A stretch of DNA of 63,526 nucleotides, the filler included, from Reticulomyxa filosa (lineage: Eukaryota > Protista > Foraminifera): the NCBI GenBank assembly GCA_000512085.1. It is 24 parts of 24 records of this genome, joined end to end, with 100 filler letters (N's around TTAATTAATTAA, not from the genome) between each part and the next. Parts side by side here need not be neighbours in the genome. Positions count along the whole stretch, not along the records: positions 53,201 to 54,364 come from ASPP01002830.1; positions 54,465 to 55,584 come from ASPP01010691.1; positions 55,685 to 56,791 come from ASPP01011032.1; positions 56,892 to 58,456 come from ASPP01033229.1; positions 58,557 to 60,099 come from ASPP01010057.1; positions 60,200 to 61,267 come from ASPP01002286.1; positions 61,368 to 62,367 come from ASPP01050053.1; positions 62,468 to 63,526 come from ASPP01002025.1; 16 more parts are not named here. One strand, given 5' to 3'. Positions within the stretch are counted from its first letter, which is position 1. Each line of letters begins with the position of its first letter. The notes beneath the pieces are model-generated. The model saw only the letters and a program-made list of their open reading frames with translations, did not search any database and was not told the origin of the DNA. Made by a program: the position numbers and the translations under genes. Shown here piece after piece: positions 53,644-63,526 of the stretch.

Positions 53644-54509
53644 TCCTTTCAATGCTTTTTTTTCCCTTCTTTTTTTCAAAAAACTTGACGACTGTTTCAG
53701 CTTCAGTCAAATCTCTATTTTTTTTTGTTTTATCCAAAAAAAACAACATGTCACACTCAAGAAGAATGGAAACACAAAAAAGAAATCGTAAACGAAAGAA
53801 AAAGACAATATTTGTGTACATTATTTTTATGTCATAATAATTTTGGAGATCTGTTTAGATTCTGCTGATGTATAATTTTCTTCATATTATAATGCATTGT
53901 TTTATATTTGCATGATGCTACAGTTTGATTGCGAAATGTAAAGAATAATTTTTTTGTCTTTTTCAAAAAAAAAAAACTACTAACAAGACGATAATATTAT
54001 TTTGAGATTACGAGGTTTAATCTTTTGAAATAATGACTTCAAGTTTTCGTTATTGCTACTTGTGTATTTAATTGGAGCCGATCCAGAGAATTACAAAGAA
54101 ACCTACGTGACGCTAACAGACGTATCACCGATTACAAACACACGCAATACACAGAAAAAGTTGACATAAAAAAGCTATAATATTAGAAAAAGAGGGAGAT
54201 CGGTTGTTGTTATTGCGAACAATCTTATACGTTTGTTTTTTTTCAAAAAAACAAAACAAAAAAAGGATTTAGTTTTGGACGGGGACATCGCTTATTGAAT
54301 GTTCCAACTGATCCATATTTTCCGTGATGACGACGACTATATGTTGTCTTGTCTGACGGCGAGTNNNNNNNNNNNNNNNNNNNNNNNNNNNNNNNNNNNN
54401 NNNNNNNNTTAATTAATTAANNNNNNNNNNNNNNNNNNNNNNNNNNNNNNNNNNNNNNNNNNNNCCCCCCCCCCCCTACCATTAAAAAAAAAAAAAGAGA
54501 AAGAAATAC

Positions 54510-54873
54510 CTTCTACGTCGGGATGCTTGGACTTGACCATTGATAACAAGGTATACAAGTCTTCGACTTCGTCCACTTGCTGTGAATCATTTGTTGGTGG
54601 GGTAGTGATATTCTCATAGTTATATGCCAACTGCTTTTGGACCGACCGTCCATTGGTAACGTGCTGATACAGTGGCAGTCCCATGCATTTTGCAATGTAC
54701 TCAACCGCATTCCAGCCAACTGTTTGATACATTTCACTGTCCAATTCGTCTGTGTTGCTGTCCAACGGGGGTCTTATGTTGCATATTGCTATTATCTCAT
54801 GCCCATATTTTAGGCATTGCCACAAGTTGAACACTGAATCTTTTCCGCCACTCAAACAACCCACTATTTTCAT
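54510..54873 (-). CDS. DPH6: Diphthine--ammonia ligase, first exon
   Basis: Motifs 'MKIVGCLSGGKDS', 'DELDSEMYQTVG', 'MGLPLY' and 'DEVEDLYTLL'. Confidence 0.95.
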
Positions 54874-55543
54874 GTTTATCCAAGAACAAAAATTTCACCA
54901 AAAATGATCAATGTTGGGATTCAAACATCACATGTGCCAAAATTCATCAGATGGCAACTACGAATTTTTATGCAGACAGAAAAAAAACTCTTCCTTCTGT
55001 CTCCTCCCGCATTTTTTTCTTGATTTATGTGTCATCCTTTCGGATCATTGGACCACATTAGCCATTGCACTATGCCAAGAGTTGGAAACAAAGGGGGGGG
55101 GAGAGAAAGAGAGGTGAAGAAAAAAGGATCACTGGCCAAATCCTCCATGGCAAATTGACAAATTAGCAAAAACTATGCAAAAGAAAACGGAATTGTTCAC
55201 ATTTATCCAGTCAATTTAAACAAATCCTTGGAACAAACGTTCCACTGCGATCAATCGATAGTTTGAAACAAAAAAACTCGCTTTTTTTTTTTAATGTATG
55301 TAGTATCCCTATATTGCTGTACGTTTTTTTCATCAAAACAAGTGTTACAGTCTTTTTTATTTTTATTTTATTTTTTATCATTTTTTTTAAAATGGCAACA
55401 AAACAACCAAGCAAACAAAGACACACACATAAAAAAAAAATTATAAAAAAAACAAAAAACAAAAAAAACTGTACAATTTAAAAAAACGCACGCTTGAGAA
55501 GAAGTATGGATGAATATGATAAATGTTGTTCGCATAATAATGT

Positions 55544-55579
<36 letters not shown>

Positions 55580-55684
55580 GAAAANNNNNNNNNNNNNNNN
55601 NNNNNNNNNNNNNNNNNNNNNNNNNNNNTTAATTAATTAANNNNNNNNNNNNNNNNNNNNNNNNNNNNNNNNNNNNNNNNNNNN

Positions 55685-55722
<38 letters not shown>

Positions 55723-55735
55723 CCAACTAACAAAG

Positions 55736-56791
55736 GATGCAGATCTAATCCTTCTAAGCTTGCTGCTGCACGAACCCAATGTATTTTTAATGAGAGATGA
55801 ACAGATATCACCACATACAAAGAAACTAATGTCTCTGTTTTCAATTCCATTCCAGATGTTGCATTTCAATACTTTGAGAGAGTATTTGTTGAAAGATGAA
55901 TGGTCCCCTGAAGCCTTGGGATACAAACACTTGACTTATAATCCGGAGCGCGTCTTGGACGACTGGGTTTTCTTGTCTTATTTTGTTGGCAATGACTTTG
56001 TCCCCAATTTGCCTTTCTTTTATATGCGGTTTGCTCTTTGTATTTTTGTTGTTGTTGTTGTTGTTGTTGTTGTTATTATTGGAATATAATAAAGTTATCA
56101 TTGTCGTTTTTTTTTTTTCCCTCCCCCGCCCCCCCCCCCTCTCCTTTCTCCCTTTTTGAATAAAATTGTGCAGAGAGGGCGCGTACGAGTTCTTAATGCA
56201 TTCGTACAGATACATTGCGCCCACCATGCTCAATTATTTGACAGAAGGCAGAAAAATCAACTTTGATAGCTTGAGCGTGTTCTTCCAACACTTGGCCACA
56301 CAAGAGTCGAGAATGTTGCGTGCGAGAAGCTCCAGCTTCACCTCCTGTTTCCGCGGTAAGCTACAAGCAGCGGAGCGATTCTTGCCCACGCCAAAGACAG
56401 ACATGCCATTTACGAACCAGCAACATGCATTAAATACGACGAGTGCTGGAAGTCAGAAGCGTTCGCTTTCGGCCATGATCGCGACGGATGTGACAAAGAA
56501 ACGGTATAGGGACGATGATAACGGTTACAACAATGAAGAAGTGATGAAGGAGGAGGAGGAGGAGGAGGAGGAGGAGGAGACACAACATGGGTTTTCTTTT
56601 GAACCAAAAAGGAAAAGACTCAATGATGGCACAGCCCAACGCGAACCGCAACACGACTTAACTCGCGCAAACAGATTAATTCTTGAATGCGGTGAAAAAT
56701 TTAAAAAAATCAACTTTGGATATGCCGGATATCGCGAGCGATACTACAGTGTCAACTTTGGATTTTCCGAAAGTGACATGGAGATCAAAAT
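55736..56791 (+). CDS. XRN-family 5'-3' exoribonuclease, internal fragment
   Basis: Motifs 'DADLILLSLLLHEP', 'LREYL' and 'ERVLDDWVFLSYFVGNDFVPNLP', spliced to 'REGA', later 'YRERYY'. XRN1 versus XRN2 is not resolved. Confidence 0.92.
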
Positions 56792-57812
56792 NNNNNNNNN
56801 NNNNNNNNNNNNNNNNNNNNNNNNNNNNNNNNNNNTTAATTAATTAANNNNNNNNNNNNNNNNNNNNNNNNNNNNNNNNNNNNNNNNNNNNAATTAATGT
56901 TCAAGTAAATTCCACTTCAATTGAGAAAATTGTTTGCAAGTGGTTGGCCGTTTTTTCTACTTCAATTTTTTCCTTGTTTTGAGTAATTCATAAAGACATT
57001 GTCTGTTTCAATTTGCCGAGAAAAGAGATGAGCTCTCTTTTCATTGCTTATGTACACCGCAGCAGTAATACCATTACTCGTTTGGCTTTTTGTAATTATT
57101 GTGGCCAAAGTAGAAGTCATTTTGTTGTTGGAACTTTCATGTGGTAAATGAACTATATACAACATTAACATTTGTTGTATATTTACGTAATAAATGAATT
57201 TTAGATAAAAAAAAAACAACTTTTTCGTTAATTCTCAATGAATTGGTAATCCTTTGATTTTCATTTGCTATTTTCTACCACAAAGCCAGATTTTTCATAA
57301 CAATTACATTATCCCAATCTTTGTAAATTAAAAAAATTTTTATACGTATTGATAATCGAGCGTACATCTTCACAATTAGTAAAAATGATTTTTTAATTAG
57401 TTAAATTGATTATTTGCAAATTTATTTTCTTGTCCCATGAAAGAAATAACTACATCATTACAAACTGATATCCAACTTTGACACTTTTGCTTTACTTGGC
57501 ACTATATACTGACCGGGTAACTCAAAAACAGTGCTTTTAGAGTTCTTTTCATGCTATGCAAAAAAAAAAACATTATAAAAAAAAATAAAATGTGAACAAG
57601 TTATCATTTTGTCCGTAAGAACATGTCTTGCTTTTGTGATTATCGATCAATTCTTGTATTGATTGCAAATATACGTGCAAGTGATTCAAAAATATCTAAA
57701 AAAGTCACTACAAAACTCATTATTTATAAAAATAAAAATTTTTTTTATTTCAACCACTTTCAAGTTCGTTCCAAAAAAAAAAGGATTATCTCCAAAAAAA
57801 GATTCAGCTAAT

Positions 57813-58456
57813 ATGTCCAGCTTTCAAAGTTTGCCTGAATTACCAAAACCATTTAAAAATTCACCATGCATTTTATTCAAGGAAGAACTCCTTATTTGTG
57901 GTTGTGACGACACTAAGGACTGTTACTCGTACCATACTCTGAAAAAACAATACAAATACATCTGCTCTTATCCCAGTGATGCTCAATTCGATGGACATTG
58001 TGTTGTTCGATTGATTCATTCACAAACCAATCCCAATGAAATTGATTTGTTATCTTTTGGAGGACAAGATGAAGATATAATGAAACAAACATTTTCAATG
58101 AAATATAAAAGTGTTTGGGAAATTAATGATCATAATAATAATCAGAGTGACTCCAAATCTGAGAATCATTCCATTTCTCAACCTTCCAATACTTGGATAC
58201 GACATGACCAAGACACCACCATTGGAAAATTAGAAAGTGATTTAGAAGGGGTGCGTGGATTGATTGGTGGAATAAATAATAATTTATTGTTCATTACTTA
58301 TCATTCAAAAAATATTGAAGTGATTGATTTGAAAACAATGAAATCATTGACTGAAATCAAAAACAACATAATACCAAAAGAGAGACACAAATTTGGAGTT
58401 GAATATCATTGTTTTGTGCCATTGACAATGAATAATGAGAAGGTGATCAATCATTT
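57813..58456 (+). CDS. Kelch-like beta-propeller protein (expanded family), 3'-partial
   Basis: Motifs 'FQSLPELPKP...ELLICG...CYSYHTLKKQYKYICSYP', 'GHCVV', 'LLSFGG' and 'YHCFV'. Confidence 0.7.
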
Positions 58457-58556
58457 NNNNNNNNNNNNNNNNNNNNNNNNNNNNNNNNNNNNNNNNNNNN
58501 TTAATTAATTAANNNNNNNNNNNNNNNNNNNNNNNNNNNNNNNNNNNNNNNNNNNN

Positions 58557-59677
58557 GAAGACCATGGCGTCGCCGCGCGAGAGCAGCATGGCGCGCCGGA
58601 AGTATTCCTCCATCTGCGGTCCCAGACGAGGCCCAGGAGAAACGGCGCCCCCTCGCAACCCAGTTTGACGAAGACGTAGCCCAGCACGCCGAATATCGCG
58701 ACCTGCATGACGTGGAACGTGCTGTTCTGCAGGCTGTAGGCACCGATGCAGCAGAACAGCAGGATGGCCGGCGCCAGATAGCGGTACGGCACGGTGAGCA
58801 GCTTCACCCACATGCCGATCATCGGCAGGTTGATGATGACCAGCATGGCGTTGCCGATCCACATCGAGACGATCATGCCCCAGAAGAGATCCGGCTTCTT
58901 GGTCATGACCTCGGGGCCGGGCTGGATGCCCTGGATGATCATGGCGCCCACCATCAACGCCATGACCGCGTTCGAGGGAATGCCGAGGGTGAGCATCGGG
59001 ATGAACGAGGTCTGGGCGGCGGCATTGTTCGCCGCCTCCGGTGCCGCGACACCTTCGACCGCGCCCTTGCCGAACTGACCGGGGTTCTTGGAGAGCTTCT
59101 TCTCGAGCGTGTAGGCCGAGAAGGCGCCCAGCGTCGGGCCGCCGCCCGGCAGCACGCCGAGCAATGACCCCAGAAAAGTGCCGCGCAGAATGGCCGGGAT
59201 GGAGCGCCTTATCTCCTCGCGCGTCGGCCACAGCGAGCCCACCTTGATCGCTCCGCCGCGTTCCAGGTGTCGTTCGAGGTTGACCACGATCTCGGCGATG
59301 CCGAACAGGCCCATCGCAATGGGCGCGAAGTCGATGCCGTCGCTCAGTTCCGGGATATCGAAGGTGAAGCGCTGCGCCCCGGTGTTGACGTCGGTACCGA
59401 TCAGGCCGAACAGCAGGCCGAGGAACACCATCGAGATCGCCTTGGTGATCGAACCGCTGGCGAGCACCACCGCGGCGACGAGACCGAGCGCCATCAGGGA
59501 GCAGTAGTCGGCCGGGCCGAACTTCTGCGCCATGCGCGTCAGCGGCTCGGCGAAGATGACGATGATGATGGTACCGACGGTGCCGGCAAAGAACGAACCG
59601 ACAGCGGAGATCGACAATGCGGCGCCCGCGCGCCCCCGCCTCGCCATCTGATAGCCATCGAGACAGGTGACGAGCGC
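58557..59677 (-). CDS. tctA: Bacterial tripartite tricarboxylate transporter permease TctA, partial at both ends, with a frameshift near 58630
   Basis: Motifs 'VTCLDGYQMA', 'LPGGG', 'GVAAPEAANNA' and 'LTLGIP'. The C-terminal 'LGPQMEEYFRRAM' is in another frame. High GC. Confidence 0.93.
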
Positions 59678-59703
59678 GATCTTTCGCAGAGCGTCTGCCA
59701 TCG

Positions 59704-60099
59704 TTGACCTCCCGTCGCCCCGGCACCGAAACTCCTCCGATGACAATACGCCCGCTCTTCGCCTATGTCGGCAGCTACACCTCGCCCGAGCGCAACGGCC
59801 GCGGCAATGGCATCAACGTCCACCGCGTCGATCCGCGTACCGGGGCATTCCGGCACATCCAGCATCTCGGCGGGCTGGAGAATCCGTCCTTCCTCGCCCT
59901 CAACGGCGCCGGGACCCGCCTCTATTCGGTGCATGGAGATCGCAGCGAGGCGACGTCCTACACCGTGGATCGCGACACCGGACGGCTTGCCGTCCTGAAC
60001 CGCCAGCCGACGGGCGGCTACAATCCCATCCATCTCGCCTTCGACGCGAAGCAGCGTTTCCTGGTCGTCAGCAACTACGGCTCCGACTCGCTCGCAGCC
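59704..60099 (+). CDS. pgl: Bacterial 7-bladed lactonase (6-phosphogluconolactonase/cycloisomerase family), 5' part
   Basis: Motifs 'AYVGSYT...GI', 'NPSFLAL', 'LNRQPTGGYNPIHL' and 'LVVSNYGS'. An alternative ATG lies at 59740. Confidence 0.85.
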
Positions 60100-60599
60100 N
60101 NNNNNNNNNNNNNNNNNNNNNNNNNNNNNNNNNNNNNNNNNNNTTAATTAATTAANNNNNNNNNNNNNNNNNNNNNNNNNNNNNNNNNNNNNNNNNNNNA
60201 TTAAATGAGGAGTTGCCATAAACAAATGTATATTGATATTCATTCCCGTTCCCTTTTTTTTTTTCTGTCTCGTGTTGTTCTGATTTTTTTTTTCCATTAA
60301 AAAAGTCTTCTCTAAGAGCAACAGGAACAAGTAAAGAAAAAATTTTCTAAGCAAGCAATTGATAAAACAGCACCGAAAACATAATGCTTTTCAAATTGAT
60401 AATTCATGGCGCTTGGTGACCTCCTGTTCTGGTCTCTCCTTTTATGGATTTCTTTTAACGAATAATCATTATCGTTATTTACTGTTACTTTAAAAAATTT
60501 TTAAGTTGATACAACCATTAATCAATGAGATTGAAAATAAACACCTATTCAAAAGCATCGACTTCATGCTGAATGGCGTCAGGCATTGGAATTTTAATA

Positions 60600-61200
60600 A
60601 ATCTAACTTTTTGAAATTAATTTTATTCTTAAATTATTGTATTCATTTATGAATTAACTGTTGCTATCTTTTCGCATTTAAAAACTAAGAATTGTTGAGA
60701 ATGAGACATGTCCACTTAATGCAATTGGCAATATCGTCAAAATCATTGTACCATTGAATATGAACGTGCACTTCCAATGATGACTTCTTTGGATTTCCAA
60801 CTTGTAATTCCTCAATTTTAAATTTGTCTTGTTCTTCTTTTTCATCTTTTTCTTCATTTATTTTGTTTAATAGCATTATTGTTCCATATTGATAATCAAA
60901 TGCAGTTTCATATTCTTTCCATTTTCCTTTCGAACGCATAAACACTGTTTCTGGAACACAATGGTTTGTTCTGTAATTAACGACAATATAACAAATATCA
61001 TAAGATGAATTTTGTAACATAAACAATTAGTGAAGTGCAAAACATTAATTGCTTTTTAGTCCATTCGCAATAATATTTTCATAGCGACAATGATGGAGCG
61101 CTGCCACGATGATACCAATTTCCATCAGTTTTGTTTTGAAGTCCAATTTCTTTCAAATAATAACGCATAATTGCCAGTACTCTACTTTCATTTCATCACA
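60600..61200 (-). pseudogene. Decayed member of the same PUB-like family as 50993..51882
   Basis: 'KGKWKEYETAFDYQYGTI' matches 'NGKWKDYFSVFDYEHRT'. Stops and frameshifts flank it. Confidence 0.6.
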
Positions 61201-62467
61201 TTTTTTTTTTTATGTTTTGAAATAATAAACCATTATTAATTTGCTGATATTTTGCCTTTTTGGAGTCNNNNNNNNNNNNNNNNNNNNNNNNNNNNNNNNN
61301 NNNNNNNNNNNTTAATTAATTAANNNNNNNNNNNNNNNNNNNNNNNNNNNNNNNNNNNNNNNNNNNNTTTTTATATTTACTTATTTAACATATATACTGT
61401 TTTCATTTTATGTTCAACACACTTTTTATTTTCTAAACACTTTTCATTTTTAATCAAGTTTTTGTTCTAGAATAATGACAACATGAAATACTTCATAGTT
61501 TGTAGTATAAAACGTATATTTATAATTTTGAGTGGATTTTGTATTAAATGCCAACTCTGCAGTATCAAACTTGTAAGAAATAAGTATTATATGTTAACTT
61601 TCCGACTGTCGGAAAAATAAATCAATCTTTTTGGTTTTGGTCTTTATTTACATACAAATAACTTTTTTCTTCTTATAACTATAATCCTGATCTGATATAG
61701 TAAAAAGCTACTTTATCTTATCAATTTCCTTCTTTCTTTTTTTACCTTTGTTCCGATTTGTAATGATTGACCACCTTGAGAAGATGAAATTTCGCCAAAT
61801 ATCGACAAATGTTTGATATAACAAAAATTTAGGTTTTTTTTCCCACAATGAATTGTGGGTAAAAAAGATACAACCACCCAAACTCAAATATTTTCGCCTT
61901 GAAAAAGCACATTAGCCAATCCAAAATAAAAAGAAAAGGAAAAAAGTTTGTATTAAAAAGAAAAAATATGTGCGAAAAAATACAACTGATTCGGAGAAAA
62001 AGCACCAAAACAGCAAGCATACAAACAAAAGATACATCTCAAACAAAGAAAACGTAAAATCACAAAAACAAAGTGGTCAAAGTACCCAAAATTTAGGGGA
62101 AAAAAAACTTTTCGAACTTTCTTTGTGACAACATCAATCCACTAACACATAAACTATTTGTCCACAAAGATTGATTCAGGGGCAAACTGAACTTTTTTTG
62201 TTCCAATATAGTAATAGAAAAAAAAGTTACCAACATTATACAATATAGACAAAAGTATTCTATCAAAATCAGTTTACTGGAGACTATTTTTATCATTATA
62301 AGCATCAATGACGTTGACGATCATTTCTATTGACAACAAGCAAACAAACAATTTAATGAGATTGGGCNNNNNNNNNNNNNNNNNNNNNNNNNNNNNNNNN
62401 NNNNNNNNNNNTTAATTAATTAANNNNNNNNNNNNNNNNNNNNNNNNNNNNNNNNNNNNNNNNNNNN

Positions 62468-63030
62468 TGTATCAGTACTATTGTACAAGGATTTGAAGAA
62501 TATCGTAGTTCGAAAGAAGTTGTAGAAGGTTCGATGGGTGTATTATGTAATTTATGTGCATTAGCTGCTAATGGAGAGGCATTTGTAATTCAAGGAGGAT
62601 TACAGTTAGTGATCCTGACAGTCCAGATACTGTATTACATAATTTGGTATTTTTTTATAAATAAAATAATAAATTAAATTAAATATTATTTTATTTTCTC
62701 TTTTAAATAGACACTACATTGTTATTGAGCGTGGATCAAGGAATTGATTTATTAATAAAAATATTGAAAAAGTCAGATGTTGATTCAATTTTTAAATACA
62801 TTAAAAGTATTAACGGCGTTGTTAGTAAAATTACCTGATGATAATTTGGCCGGAGGGAAAAAAACAGAAATAATTATTCGAATCTTACAACGTGGTTTGA
62901 TTGCATCAGTTAATGAAGCAGTAAAATATGATAATCAAGAATTACAAGAAATGTGTGCCACAATTTTGGTAGTAATGGCTCAAACACCACCAAAATTAGC
63001 AAAAGCTGATACTGATGCGCCAGCCCAGTT
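62468..63030 (+). pseudogene. Armadillo-repeat-like protein fragment, frameshifted
   Basis: 'KEVVEGSMGVLCNL...FVIQGGLQLV' and 'ELQEMCATILVVMA'. Confidence 0.45.
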
Positions 63031-63104
63031 GGTACATGTTGGTTTCCTCAAACATTACATTGTATTTTTCCATGTATCCGAGAAATTTTTAAGTTTTGAA
63101 CTTC

Positions 63105-63526
63105 TGAATGTGTAAAGTGTTTTGAAATATCATCCATTTGTTTTCTCAAATTGAATACTTGTATACTGACTTTGAAATAACAACATCAGTAGATCTATCA
63201 TTCCATCCACCAAAAAAAAAGATGACATTCTTGACACACATATGCATAATGTTTAAATAATGCAATATTTTTACAAATAGGTAATTAATGAAATTGAAAA
63301 GTATTGTTATTTTCATCATATTCAATTGATAATCCTGAGCTAAAACAAAATAATAGCATTTGATATTTTTCTTCATTTTCTGAATTTGACATAAAGCAAT
63401 GATAATTAATAAAATTATCAACTAGTAAGATATTACGTTTAATAAATTGGAATGTATTTAAATTAAACACACTGAATGATTTCTACCTCTCTTATCAAAA
63501 TATTACTATTAACTTGCTGACAAAAG
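63105..63526 (-). pseudogene. Decayed Kelch-like family member
   Basis: 'YHCF...MLLFC..GLSIEYDE', 'FFGGWND' and 'SVYKYSI', with stops and frameshifts. Confidence 0.6.

Noticed and set aside
58509-59726. 405-aa alternative-frame ORF and antisense ORFs over tctA
   Set aside because: These are shadow ORFs of high-GC DNA. Only the last ~20 codons are the frameshifted TctA continuation.
58557-60099. Horizontal gene transfer into the protist
   Set aside because: The whole contig is bacterial-like, with no host flank, introns or amelioration.
4774-62467. Regularly recurring TTAATTAATTAA flanked by Ns as a repeat, CRISPR or chromosome-breakage signal
   Set aside because: It is an invariant 100-bp six-frame-stop spacer used to concatenate contigs. 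Gene neighbourhoods across it are meaningless.
1-63526. Stop-codon reassignment to explain in-frame stops
   Set aside because: Intact genes end at TAA (Rieske), TGA (METTL22) and TAG (WD40). Long ORFs are clean, and broken genes also have frameshifts.

Overview
This window is not one locus. It is 24 short contigs joined by an artificial 100-bp spacer (N44-TTAATTAATTAA-N44). Twenty-three are AT-rich, intron-containing protist DNA using the standard genetic code. Their expanded WD40, Kelch-like and PUB-like families, poly-Asn tracts and many decayed gene copies suggest a foraminiferan such as Reticulomyxa (inference, not verified). One contig (58557-60099) is high-GC bacterial DNA carrying tctA and a lactonase gene, and is probably chimeric. 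Recognisable eukaryotic genes are a DHHC palmitoyltransferase, a G-protein gamma subunit, an FSP1/AIFM2-like oxidoreductase, a serine carboxypeptidase, a WD40 protein, a decayed EngA/Der, the Rieske Fe-S protein, METTL22, TMEM144, an ankyrin-TPR protein, DPH6, an XRN exonuclease and an RNase H-bearing LINE remnant. The most interesting contig is 6669-14192. It holds a GBP/atlastin-like GTPase fused to a very long Cys/His finger array (with a GC-AG intron). Next to it is a ~2.5-kb segment bounded by ~215-230-bp inverted repeats that encloses an ORF with SILK-like, RVxF and CaaX motifs, a candidate membrane-targeted PP1 regulator. Several introns lack a polypyrimidine tract or are self-complementary, and one has a perfect 35-bp stem. 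All calls come from reading motifs by eye; no database searches were run.
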